NCBI GenBank assembly: GCA_963849325.1
Contig: CAWKHF010000012.1
Location: 480,001-544,000, forward strand
From: an uncultured Planctomycetota bacterium
Lineage (GTDB): Bacteria > Planctomycetota > Planctomycetia > Gemmatales > Gemmataceae
Reading direction: 5' to 3'
DNA length: 64,000 nt
Positions 45,055 through 53,949 of this stretch are shown in pieces. A program made the position numbers and the translations under genes. The notes beneath the pieces are model-generated. The model made no database searches and had not been told where the DNA came from. It worked only from the letters and a program-made list of their open reading frames with translations. The stretch's first letter is position 1. Each line of letters opens with the position of its first letter.

Positions 45055-46139
45055 GACTTGGCCAACCTTTCGACAGCTGCCGAATAGAATTCGGGAACGA
45101 TTTCCGCACCGAAGTACTTGCGACGGAGGTGATAGGACACCACCGCTCCCGGACACAGCCCGCCAAAAGGTTCCCATACCGCATCTCCTTCATCCGTGGA
45201 GGCGCGCGTGATTAACTCGATGAAGCGTAAAGGTTTCTGGCTTCCGTGCAAGCTGCGAAATTTGTAGCGCATCCCCTTTCGCTCCCCTTGAATGCGCTCC
45301 GTGCCGCTCACCTGGGGTTCGCGCCAGACATTGGTGACGCCGATTTCACACTGAAACTTCGCGCGCATTCGGGACCACTCCGCGGCGGATACCGGATGTC
45401 TACCGTCCAGACTGAAATACGGGCGGCCATCCGTCTTACCGCGCCGGTTGGCATACTCGACGAGTTTCACGAATGCGTCGGCGGGAGGGTAGTACCACAG
45501 GTGATCTCCCGTCAGGTACTTCCGGGTGGCGGCATTCAACACGCCACAAGCCTCATTGGCGGATCGCCAGGGGAGTCCTGTCCGTTTCCATTCGTGCCGT
45601 AACCATTCTTGCATGGACATTGGCCGCCCTTCGCAAGGAAATAATGCCGCTTTCACATACTGCGCGCATACCTCGGTCACTACCGGGAATTTGCGGAGGG
45701 TTTGTGTGTTGGCATTCCCGGCGACATGGCTCATCCCTTTATCCCAAATGTTGCAACATCGATACTCCCATCCGTTCGCTAGGAGTACAGGATGTACAGT
45801 CGCCCATCCTACCTCCGTGTTCCAGAACCACAAAGTTGTTTGGGGGGTACTCAACTGCGACCAGGCTTTGATGTGTGGTCCATACCATCGTTCCAGGGAT
45901 TCCGTTTTGCGCTCATCACCGGGGAAGCCACTAACGCCGTAAGGACCGTCCGAAATAATGCACGTTGGCGTCGGCCAATCTCGATACAGGTTCTCGGCAC
46001 GATTGAAATGGATGACCACTTCCTCCCGCCTGAAACGCTCGCCTTCCCCCGGAGGAGTGACCTTCTGGGGAGGAGGAGCCATGAAGAGGTCGGGCTGGCC
46101 CTCACCGTTGCTCGTGGTTCGGGATCGCTTCGTGGACAT
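45051..46139 (-). CDS. Site-specific DNA methyltransferase (N4/N6, beta-class order)
   Basis: Motif IV-like SDGPY near the N-terminus; HGSQKP and motif I-like WEPFGG..GAEI near the C-terminus. Confidence 0.85.
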   Translation of the reverse strand: MSTKRSRTTSNGEGQPDLFMAPPPQKVTPPGEGERFRREEVVIHFNRAENLYRDWPTPTCIISDGPYGVSGFPGDERKTESLERWYGPHIKAWSQLSTPQTTLWFWNTEVGWATVHPVLLANGWEYRCCNIWDKGMSHVAGNANTQTLRKFPVVTEVCAQYVKAALFPCEGRPMSMQEWLRHEWKRTGLPWRSANEACGVLNAATRKYLTGDHLWYYPPADAFVKLVEYANRRGKTDGRPYFSLDGRHPVSAAEWSRMRAKFQCEIGVTNVWREPQVSGTERIQGERKGMRYKFRSLHGSQKPLRFIELITRASTDEGDAVWEPFGGLCPGAVVSYHLRRKYFGAEIVPEFYSAAVERLAKS

Positions 46140-46247
46140 GGCCTATTCCGCTCGCTTGAAAACACAAGACGCCTTAACATTCGCGTCCATCATACGCGCA
46201 CAGGGTAGAGCTTGACAACTATTAGGCGTCTTCGTGCCGAAATAACG

Positions 46248-47228
46248 TTACGTTGTCTGGCGCAGCAACTGCCGGGCGCAAGCGGCGGCGCCGATGAAAC
46301 CGGCGTCACTACCAAGCTGGGCGAAGCGGATTTGCGTCCGGGCGGCGGGCACCGAGAAGGCCAGTTCGCGGACGTGATGGCGGATGCGCTCCAGGAAGGC
46401 GTCGCCGGCCGCGATCATGCCGCCGGCGAAGACGACCATGTCCGGGTCGATCACGTGCATCAGGTTCATGGCGGCGACCGCCAGGTAGAACGCCGTGTCC
46501 TCGACGATCTTGCCGGCCAGCTCGTCGCCGGCGGCCGCGGCGTCGAAGATGTCGCGCGCGGTCAACTCGCCCTGACTGGAGACCGCGTGCAGGGAGGAAC
46601 GGCCGCCGTCCACGGCCAGCGCCTCCTGCGTGCGTTGGACGACGGAGGTGGCGCTGGCATATGCCTCCAGGCAACCGCGTCGGCCGCAACTGCACAAGCG
46701 CGGCGACGTCATCTCGATCTTGATGTGGCCCAGTTCGGCGCCGTGGCTATGCTCGCCCTCGACAATGCGATCGCCCAGGATGATGCCGCCGCCGACGCCG
46801 GTGCCGAGCGTGAACAGGACCATGCTGTGGACGCCGCGGCCAGCGCCAACCCAGAATTCGCCATAAGCCGCCGCGTTGGCGTCGTTCTGGAACGCTGTCG
46901 GCAGGCCGAATACCTGCTGAATGTGCTGCCGAACCGGCACGTTGCGCCACGGCTTGAGGTTCGGCGGGTCGAGAATGACGCCGCCAGGAATGTCCATCAA
47001 ACCGGGCGTCGCCACGCCGATGGCCGCGATGTCGCGCAGCTCCAGACGCGCCTCGGCCGTCGCCCGGCGGATCGACGCGCACATCTGGGCCAGGCCGTGC
47101 TCCTGGCCTTTGTGGGCCTCCGTGGGAAGACTGACGGCGCTGTGCGGCCGGCCCTCGTCATCGACGACGCCCGCCTTCATGGTGGTGCCGCCGACGTCCA
47201 GGCCGACGAAAAGAAGAGGTTGGCTCAT
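46248..47228 (-). CDS. ROK family sugar kinase (glucokinase)
   Basis: Motifs GLDVGGT, NDANAAA, TLGTGVGGG, ELGH and CSCGRRGCLE. Confidence 0.92.
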   Translation of the reverse strand: MSQPLLFVGLDVGGTTMKAGVVDDEGRPHSAVSLPTEAHKGQEHGLAQMCASIRRATAEARLELRDIAAIGVATPGLMDIPGGVILDPPNLKPWRNVPVRQHIQQVFGLPTAFQNDANAAAYGEFWVGAGRGVHSMVLFTLGTGVGGGIILGDRIVEGEHSHGAELGHIKIEMTSPRLCSCGRRGCLEAYASATSVVQRTQEALAVDGGRSSLHAVSSQGELTARDIFDAAAAGDELAGKIVEDTAFYLAVAAMNLMHVIDPDMVVFAGGMIAAGDAFLERIRHHVRELAFSVPAARTQIRFAQLGSDAGFIGAAACARQLLRQTT

Positions 47229-47358
47229 AGCGCTCGCGGACGCTTGCGGCTAGTGGGGAAGACATCGACGCCTGAATTCTTGCTGCGAGGACGGCGCCGC
47301 TGCTCTATCATCCGAGTAGAAGAACCCCGCGCAATGTTCGGCCACAGGATGGTGCGAC

Positions 47359-48609
47359 ATGATTGATTCTCGATCCGACCGCCGCAGTCGTTTGTTCCTC
47401 GTGTTGGTGGTGCTGGTGGCGTTCGCGCTGGGCGTCCAGGCAGAACGGCGCGGCTGGCTGCCGAGCGGCCGAGGACGCGAACCGTCCGAAGTACGGCAGA
47501 CCTTCGCGCCGTACTGGGAAGCCTGGCGGCTGGTCCACAAGTATTACGTCGATCCGGACAGTATCAAGGACGAGCGCCTGACGCAAGGGTCGATCCTCGG
47601 CATGCTAGCCGCGCTCGGCGACATCGGCCACACCACCTACCTGACCCGCGACGAGGTCGAACGGTTGGAAGCAAATCTCAAAGGCGAGCTGGAGGGGATC
47701 GGCGCTCGCATCAGCCTGCGCAAGCAGGGACCGACCATTGTGCAGACGATGCCGAAGTCGCCAGCTCGCAAAGCCGGCGTCCAGCCCGGCAACGTCATCC
47801 TGCAAGTGGACGGCCAGGACGTTCACGGCATGTCGCTGGAGAAACTGGTGCAGCACATCAAGGGTCCGGCCGGCAGTGAGGTCCGTCTGAAGGTCTTGCG
47901 CGGCGACCCGCCGAAGCCCGTGGACATCGACATCCAGCGCGCCAAGGTCGATGTGCCGGACGTGGCCTGGCAGATGCTGCCGGATTCGCCGCTGGCCCAC
48001 GTCGCCATCCAGAACTTCGGCGAGCACACCGACGAGCAGCTGCGCTCCATCCTGGAACAGGCGCGCGAGCAAGGGGCCAAGGCGCTGGTGCTGGACGTGC
48101 GCGGCAACCTTGGCGGACTGAAGGAACAGGCGGTGAAGGTGACCAGCGAGTTCCTCAAGCCCGGCGAGGTGGTCTTCATCCAGAAGGACGCCGCCGGCAA
48201 CACGACGCCGGTCTCCGTCAACCCGGAGGGGACGGCTCGGGACATCCCCTTGTGCGTGCTCATCGACGAGGGCACGGCCAGCTCGGCCGAGATCCTCGCC
48301 GGCGCCTTGCAGGATTATCAGCGCGGCAAGCTGATCGGCATGCGCACCTTCGGCACCGGCACCGTGCTGCGGCCGTTCAAGCTCAGCGACGGCTCAGCGG
48401 TGCTCCTGGCCGTGGACCAGTGGTTGACGCCGAAGGAGCGGCAAATCTGGCACAAGGGAATTTCGCCGGACATCGAGGTCGAACTGCCGCAGGGTGCGTC
48501 CATCCTGCTGCCGGAGTCCGAGGCGAAGCTGAGCGCCAAGACCCTGGCCAATAGCAAGGACACGCAATTGCTCAAGGCGATCGAGGTGATGAAGAAAGAG
48601 TTGCACTGA
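47359..48609 (+). CDS. S41 C-terminal processing protease (CtpA/Prc-like)
   Basis: PDZ domain (GIGA), DVRGNLGG, TASSAEI and GISPD. Confidence 0.9.
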   Translation: MIDSRSDRRSRLFLVLVVLVAFALGVQAERRGWLPSGRGREPSEVRQTFAPYWEAWRLVHKYYVDPDSIKDERLTQGSILGMLAALGDIGHTTYLTRDEVERLEANLKGELEGIGARISLRKQGPTIVQTMPKSPARKAGVQPGNVILQVDGQDVHGMSLEKLVQHIKGPAGSEVRLKVLRGDPPKPVDIDIQRAKVDVPDVAWQMLPDSPLAHVAIQNFGEHTDEQLRSILEQAREQGAKALVLDVRGNLGGLKEQAVKVTSEFLKPGEVVFIQKDAAGNTTPVSVNPEGTARDIPLCVLIDEGTASSAEILAGALQDYQRGKLIGMRTFGTGTVLRPFKLSDGSAVLLAVDQWLTPKERQIWHKGISPDIEVELPQGASILLPESEAKLSAKTLANSKDTQLLKAIEVMKKELH

Positions 48610-48658
48610 ACCGTTTCTCCGTGGCGAGGGCGGAGGCGGCGATTTACAATTTGCCGTC

Positions 48659-49999
48659 ATGCACTCCGACACCCGCATTTCCGAACGTCTCCGCCGGGCC
48701 GTCGATCGACAGCGTTTGCTCGACACGGCTCGGCAACTGGTCGCCGTGCCCAGCCGCACCGGCGAGGGCGGCGCCGTCGCCGACTGCCTCGCCGACCTGC
48801 TGGCGGCGGACGGCTTCACGGTCGAGCGTCCCGTCGCCGATCATCCGGCGGCGCCGGCGGTCGTCGTCCGCCTCGACAGCGGCAAACCCGGCCGTACCTT
48901 GCAGTTCAACGGCCATCTCGACACGGTACATTTGCCGTTCGTCGCGCCAGTCATCGAGGATGGCAAGCTGACTGGCAGCGGCTCCTCGGACATGAAAGGC
49001 GGCACGGCCGCCGCCGTCGAGGCGCTGCGCGGTGCTGCGCGATACCGGCGAGTTGACGGCCGGCTCCGTGCTGTTGACGGCGCACGACCTGCACGAAGCG
49101 CCGTGGGGACTCGGACAGCAGCTCAACGCCCTGATCGCCGCTGGCTACGTCGGCGATGCCGTCCTGCTTCCCGAGCCACTGTGCGATCGTCTGCCGATCG
49201 CCGGCCGCGGCAGCGCCACCTGGAAGGTAGTCATCCGCCGGACGGGAGCGCCAGTCCACGAAGTCATGCGGCCGCCCGACGAGCCGAACGTCCTCGCCGC
49301 CGGCGCCGAGCTGGTCGCTCGGCTTGGCCGGCTCGGGGAGCGTCTGGCGATCCAGACTGATCCACTCCTCGGCAGTGCCAGCGTCTTCCTCGGACAGATT
49401 CACGGCGGCGAAATCTTCAATCAGTATCCGCGAGAATGCTGGCTCGAAGGCACGCGCCGCTGGCTGCCCGGCACCGCGCCCGCCGAGGTCGAACGCGACT
49501 TCCGGGCATTGCTGGCCGATCTGGCGCGCGACACGGGCACGACTGTCGATCTGACCTGGACCTTCATCCGCGATGCCTTCCGACTGGAGCCGGATGACTC
49601 GCTCGTGATGGCGTTTCAGCAAGCGTACACGGCGATCAGCGGCCAACCGTTGCCGCTGGGACCGAAGCCGTTCGTCGATGACGGCAATAGTTTCTATGGC
49701 TTGAAGAACATGCCGGCGATTACACATGGCCCGCGGCCGGCGGACAGCATACGGTCCACGAATGGGTGGACATCGACGATCTGGTCCGTATCGCTCACCT
49801 GTATGCGCTGACGTCCGTTTTTTACTGTACAGAGTCTGTTCCTTCAGCTCCCCTCTCCCCCGCTTCGGGGGAGAGGGGTTGGGGGCGAGGGGGCGGAAAA
49901 GCCGCAGAAAAGGCACCCCCTCACCCCACCCCCTCTCCCCCGGAGTACCGGGGGAGAGGGGCTTTCGGAACAGACTCTACAGAGAAGAGAAAGGGATAA
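48659..49999 (+). CDS. M20/ArgE-DapE family metallopeptidase (frameshifts; C-terminus extended by a MITE)
   Basis: Motifs NGHLDTV, GSSDMKGG and H..(N)EW. Confidence 0.82.
49828..49984. mobile_element. 150-bp MITE-like element with terminal inverted repeats and target duplication
   Basis: TIR GAGTCTGTTCC at 49832-49842 and 49967-49977; direct repeat TACAGAG at 49828 and 49978; internal PLPRSGGEG-type hairpins. Confidence 0.75.
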
Positions 50000-50004
50000 C
50001 CGCG

Positions 50005-50634
50005 ATGGCTGAGGTCAAGTTAGGTCTGCACATGGTTGATGTGCCGTATACGCTCAAACTGTATGGCGTCACGGATGAAATGTTCGATGAGATGGTGGAC
50101 GAGGACACGAAAGCGGAACTCATAGACGGAGTGATGATCGTGCATTCTCCCGCCTCGCTACGCCACGATGATGTCGCCGGCTTCCTGCGCACCCTGATGC
50201 GCTGCTATGCGGATGACAAAGATCTGGGGGCTGTACTCGGCCCGGATGGACTCGCCCGTATCAAGAAAGGACGACGGGTTGGGGCAGACCTATTCTTCCT
50301 GAACAAAGACCGTGTGCCCAAGCCGCTACCCAAGGAATACAAGGGCGTCCCCGATCTGTTTCTCGAAGTGTTGTCGCCGTCCAATCGCAGCGATGACCTC
50401 GACGACAAACGTCCGCTCTACCGCGAGGCGGGCGTCAAAGAGATGTGGTTCGTGGACCCCGATGAGCAGCAAATCATCCTGGATCGCCGGCGCGGGCAGC
50501 GCTACGTCACCAAGACCATCCACACCGGCCGCATCGAGTCTGCCGTCGTGCGCGGCTTCTGGATCGAGGCCGATTGGCTCTGGTCCGATCCCCTGCCCAA
50601 CATCATGCAATGCTTGCGTGCCATCCTCGGTTAA
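50005..50634 (+). CDS. Uma2 (DUF820) family endonuclease
   Basis: Motifs ELIDG, PDLFLEVLSPS, K..LYREAGVKEMWFVDP. Confidence 0.9.
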   Translation: MAEVKLGLHMVDVPYTLKLYGVTDEMFDEMVDEDTKAELIDGVMIVHSPASLRHDDVAGFLRTLMRCYADDKDLGAVLGPDGLARIKKGRRVGADLFFLNKDRVPKPLPKEYKGVPDLFLEVLSPSNRSDDLDDKRPLYREAGVKEMWFVDPDEQQIILDRRRGQRYVTKTIHTGRIESAVVRGFWIEADWLWSDPLPNIMQCLRAILG

Positions 50635-50649
50635 TTCCCCCGGTGCCTC

Positions 50650-52035
50650 ATGACGACCGCAACCCTACCCGATCTGATTTCCGACGCCCAGACGACCGAG
50701 GAGCGGTTCCTCCGCCATATTTTCGTCCGCGATCAGATGGCCGAGTGGAGCAAGCATCCGCTGGTCATGGCCCGAGCCGATGGCGTCCACTACTGGGATG
50801 TCGCCGGCAAGCGCTATCTCGACGCCCTGTCCGGCATCTACGTCGTCTCCGTCGGCCACAACAATCGCCGCGTCATTGAGGCGATCCACCAGCAACTCGA
50901 TAGGCTGCACTTTTCGCCGCCGATGCATGGCACCAATCCGGCCGCGGTGCAGCTGGCGAACCTGCTGGCGGAACTGGCTCCCGGCGATCTGTCGGCCGTC
51001 AAGTTCCAGTGTGGCGGCTCGGAAGTGACGGAGGCGGCCATCAAGCTCGCGCGCCAGTACCATCGCCTCACCGGCGCGCCCGGCAAGTATAAGATCATCA
51101 GCCGTTACCTATCCTGGCACGGCTCCACGCTCGGATCGCTGTCCGCTTCCGGCCTGAAGTCGCGCAAGACCGTCAACGAGCCGATGGCGCCCGGATTTCT
51201 GCACGTCTTCCCGCCGACGTGCTACCGCTGCCCGTTCGGCAAGAGCTACCCCGATTGCGGCATCACTTGCGCCACTCTCGTCGAGAACGTCATCGACATG
51301 GAAGACGCCGACACGGTGGCGGCGATCCTGGTCGAGCCGATTGGTCATACCGGCGGCATCATCGATCCGCCAGTGGAGTATCTGCCGATCATCCGCGACA
51401 TTTGCGATCGGTATAATGTCCTTCTCATCTTCGACGAGATCATCACGGGAGTTGGCCGCACGGGACACTTGTTCGCCGCCGAGACATTCGGCGTGCTGCC
51501 GGACGTGCTGTGTACGGCCAAGGGTCTCAGCGGCGGCTACGCTCCGCTGTCGGCGATGATCTGTCGTCAAGCGATAGCAGACACCTTCTGGGGACCGATC
51601 GCCGAGAACCCCGGCTTCGTCGAGGGCCACACCTTCGAGGGCAATCCGCTGTCGTGTGCGGCCGGCCTCGCCGTGCTGCGTGAAATCGTGGAGCGCGACC
51701 TGTGCGGCAATGCCCGTCGTCAGGGCGAACGCCTTCGCGCCGGCTTCGAGCGCCTGGCCCATAAGCACGGCGTCATCGGCGACATCCGCGGCAAAGGACT
51801 GCTGCAAGGCATCGAGTTCGTGCGCAACGTGAAGACGAAGGAACCCTTTCCGGCGGACGTGGCCTTCGGCGTGCGCGTTGGTCGCCGCGCTCTCGCCAAC
51901 GGTCTGCTGTGCCGCTTCGATCCGCACTGGCTGGCGTTCGGGCCGGCGCTGGTCGTCACCAGCGAGCACCTCGACGAGATGGTAGAATTGCTGGATCGCA
52001 GTATCGCGGAGGTATTGACGGAAATGGGAGGTTGA
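50650..52035 (+). CDS. Class III PLP-dependent aminotransferase
   Basis: Motifs GGSEVTE, WHGST, LIFDEIITGVGRTG and AKGLSGGY. Confidence 0.93.
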   Translation: MTTATLPDLISDAQTTEERFLRHIFVRDQMAEWSKHPLVMARADGVHYWDVAGKRYLDALSGIYVVSVGHNNRRVIEAIHQQLDRLHFSPPMHGTNPAAVQLANLLAELAPGDLSAVKFQCGGSEVTEAAIKLARQYHRLTGAPGKYKIISRYLSWHGSTLGSLSASGLKSRKTVNEPMAPGFLHVFPPTCYRCPFGKSYPDCGITCATLVENVIDMEDADTVAAILVEPIGHTGGIIDPPVEYLPIIRDICDRYNVLLIFDEIITGVGRTGHLFAAETFGVLPDVLCTAKGLSGGYAPLSAMICRQAIADTFWGPIAENPGFVEGHTFEGNPLSCAAGLAVLREIVERDLCGNARRQGERLRAGFERLAHKHGVIGDIRGKGLLQGIEFVRNVKTKEPFPADVAFGVRVGRRALANGLLCRFDPHWLAFGPALVVTSEHLDEMVELLDRSIAEVLTEMGG

Positions 52036-52039
52036 AGCA

Positions 52040-52288
52040 ATGGCGGGATTGAATGACACGCATCCGGAAGCCGAGCAGGTGCTGCGCGAGGCGTTACGCA
52101 AAATGCCCTTCGCCGCGCGATTGCGACAGATGGACGTTATTTACCGCACCGCCCGGATTCTGCACGCGCTGGGCGTTCGCCAACGCAATCCCGCCGCGAC
52201 GGAGGAAATGATTCAAGACGACTGGCGGAACGTTGCTCTCGGATCGGAACTGGTGCGACAGATCAAGGAGACGCGATGTGGAAAGTAA
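52040..52288 (+). CDS. Putative antitoxin (MenA1-like)
   Basis: 82-aa helical protein (DTHPEAE..RNPAATEE) overlapping the downstream NTase gene. Confidence 0.6.
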   Translation: MAGLNDTHPEAEQVLREALRKMPFAARLRQMDVIYRTARILHALGVRQRNPAATEEMIQDDWRNVALGSELVRQIKETRCGK

Positions 52289-52856
52289 CAAGGAGAACGT
52301 GACCGTCATTCAAGAAGTCGTCGCCGTGCTCGCCCGTTTGGGGATCCTTTATGCGGTAGGCGGTTCCTGGGCCAGTTCCCTATTCGGCAAGCCGCGCTTC
52401 ACGCACGGCGCCGACATCACCGTGGAGCCGTTCCCCGGCAAAGAAGCCGCTTTTTGCGACTCCTTCGGAGAGGATTACTATGTGAGCCTGCCCATGATCC
52501 AGGATGCGATTCAGCGTCGGTCCTCCTTCAACATCATCCATTGGCCTAGTAGTTTCAAGGTAGACCTGTTCGTTCGCAAGGATCGTCCCTTTGAGGCATC
52601 CGTCCTGGCGCGCCGGCACATTTATCCGTTACCGGACGGACAATCCTTCACACTCGTCAGCCCCGAGGACATCATTCTGCTGAAGTTGGAATGGTATCGT
52701 CTGGGAGGCGACACTTCCGAACGTCAATGGGGGGACATTCTGGGGGTGTTCCAGGTGCAGGCGAGTAAGCTCGATCAGGCGTATCTCGCTCACTGGGCCG
52801 CCGACCTCGGCGTCCGCGACCTGCTCGAGCGCGCACGCCAGGAGAGCGGTGTCTGA
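52278..52856 (+). CDS. Nucleotidyltransferase-fold toxin (MenT1/AbiEii-like)
   Basis: Motifs VGGSWAS...PRFTHGAD, KVDLF and SPEDIILLKL. Confidence 0.7.
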   Translation: MESNKENVTVIQEVVAVLARLGILYAVGGSWASSLFGKPRFTHGADITVEPFPGKEAAFCDSFGEDYYVSLPMIQDAIQRRSSFNIIHWPSSFKVDLFVRKDRPFEASVLARRHIYPLPDGQSFTLVSPEDIILLKLEWYRLGGDTSERQWGDILGVFQVQASKLDQAYLAHWAADLGVRDLLERARQESGV

Positions 52857-53785
52857 TGTCCGCGACGGCCCCCTCCCTCGGTCGAGCGCGCCTGTGCATC
52901 GTGCTCGCCGCCCTGCTGTGGAGCACCAGTGGCGCGTTCACCAAGCTGCTGCGCGAGAACACCGGGTTTGGCCTGAACGAGCCGGCCATCGACCCGCTGA
53001 CGATCGCCTTCTGGCGCGTCCTGTTCGCCGCCGCCGTGCTGCTACCTTTGGTCCGCCGCCACGAGCTGACCTTCGGGCCGGCCCTGTGGCTGATGGGACT
53101 GGCGTTCGCGCTGATGAACGCGCTGTTCATCTCGGCGATGGCGCTGGGCTCGTCGGCCAACGCCATCCTGTTGCAATACACGGCGCCGATGTGGGTGTAC
53201 CTGATTGGCGCCGGCGTGCTGGGCGAGTCGGCCGACCGCCGTGGCACGGTGGCGCTGGGGATCGGCCTGGTGGGAATTGCCGTCCTCGTCGCCGGCGGCT
53301 GGGCCGGCAGTCGGCTGCCGGCCGTCGCCCTGGCCGCCGGCAGCGGTCTGTCCTACGCCCTGGTCCTGATCGGCCTACGCTTCCAGCGCGGTTCCTCCTC
53401 GCGCTGGCTGACAGCCTTCAACCATCTGTTCAGCGCCGTAGTACTGGCGCCGCTGGTCTGGCGCGAACCGCTGCCGAGCGGGCCGCAGCTGGCCGTGCTG
53501 TTCGTCTATGGGACGGTGCAGATGGCGCTGCCGTATTGGCTGCTGGCCGTCAGTCTGCGCCGCCTCGGCGCCCGCGAGGCCGGCATGTTGACCTTGATTG
53601 AGCCGGTGCTGAATCCGCTGTGGGCGTACCTGGCCTCTCCCGCGACCGAGGCACCGACGGTGTGGACGCTGGCCGGCAGCGCGTGCATCGTTGGGGCGCT
53701 GGCGTGGCGTTACTGGCCGGTGCGCAAAGAGGCCACCGGAGTCTGCGGCTTACAGGTTGAGAGCCGAGTGAAGGATCTCCCATGA
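52856..53785 (+). CDS. DMT/EamA family transporter
   Basis: About 10 TM helices; motifs LLQYTAP and LIEPVLNP. Confidence 0.9.
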   Translation: MSATAPSLGRARLCIVLAALLWSTSGAFTKLLRENTGFGLNEPAIDPLTIAFWRVLFAAAVLLPLVRRHELTFGPALWLMGLAFALMNALFISAMALGSSANAILLQYTAPMWVYLIGAGVLGESADRRGTVALGIGLVGIAVLVAGGWAGSRLPAVALAAGSGLSYALVLIGLRFQRGSSSRWLTAFNHLFSAVVLAPLVWREPLPSGPQLAVLFVYGTVQMALPYWLLAVSLRRLGAREAGMLTLIEPVLNPLWAYLASPATEAPTVWTLAGSACIVGALAWRYWPVRKEATGVCGLQVESRVKDLP

Positions 53786-53949
53786 CCGAAGCGGGGTTTT
53801 CCTTGACCTCCATCCTTCCTTCCGATAGTTTGCGCAAGGGGTGCCCCTATGCCCCGAGCTTGCACTCCTTGACGCCTGGCGCGTTTCGATTCCTGCCGAG
53901 AGCCGATACTGTTCGCCCCCTGCCAATGCTCATTCATCTGGAGTACCGC

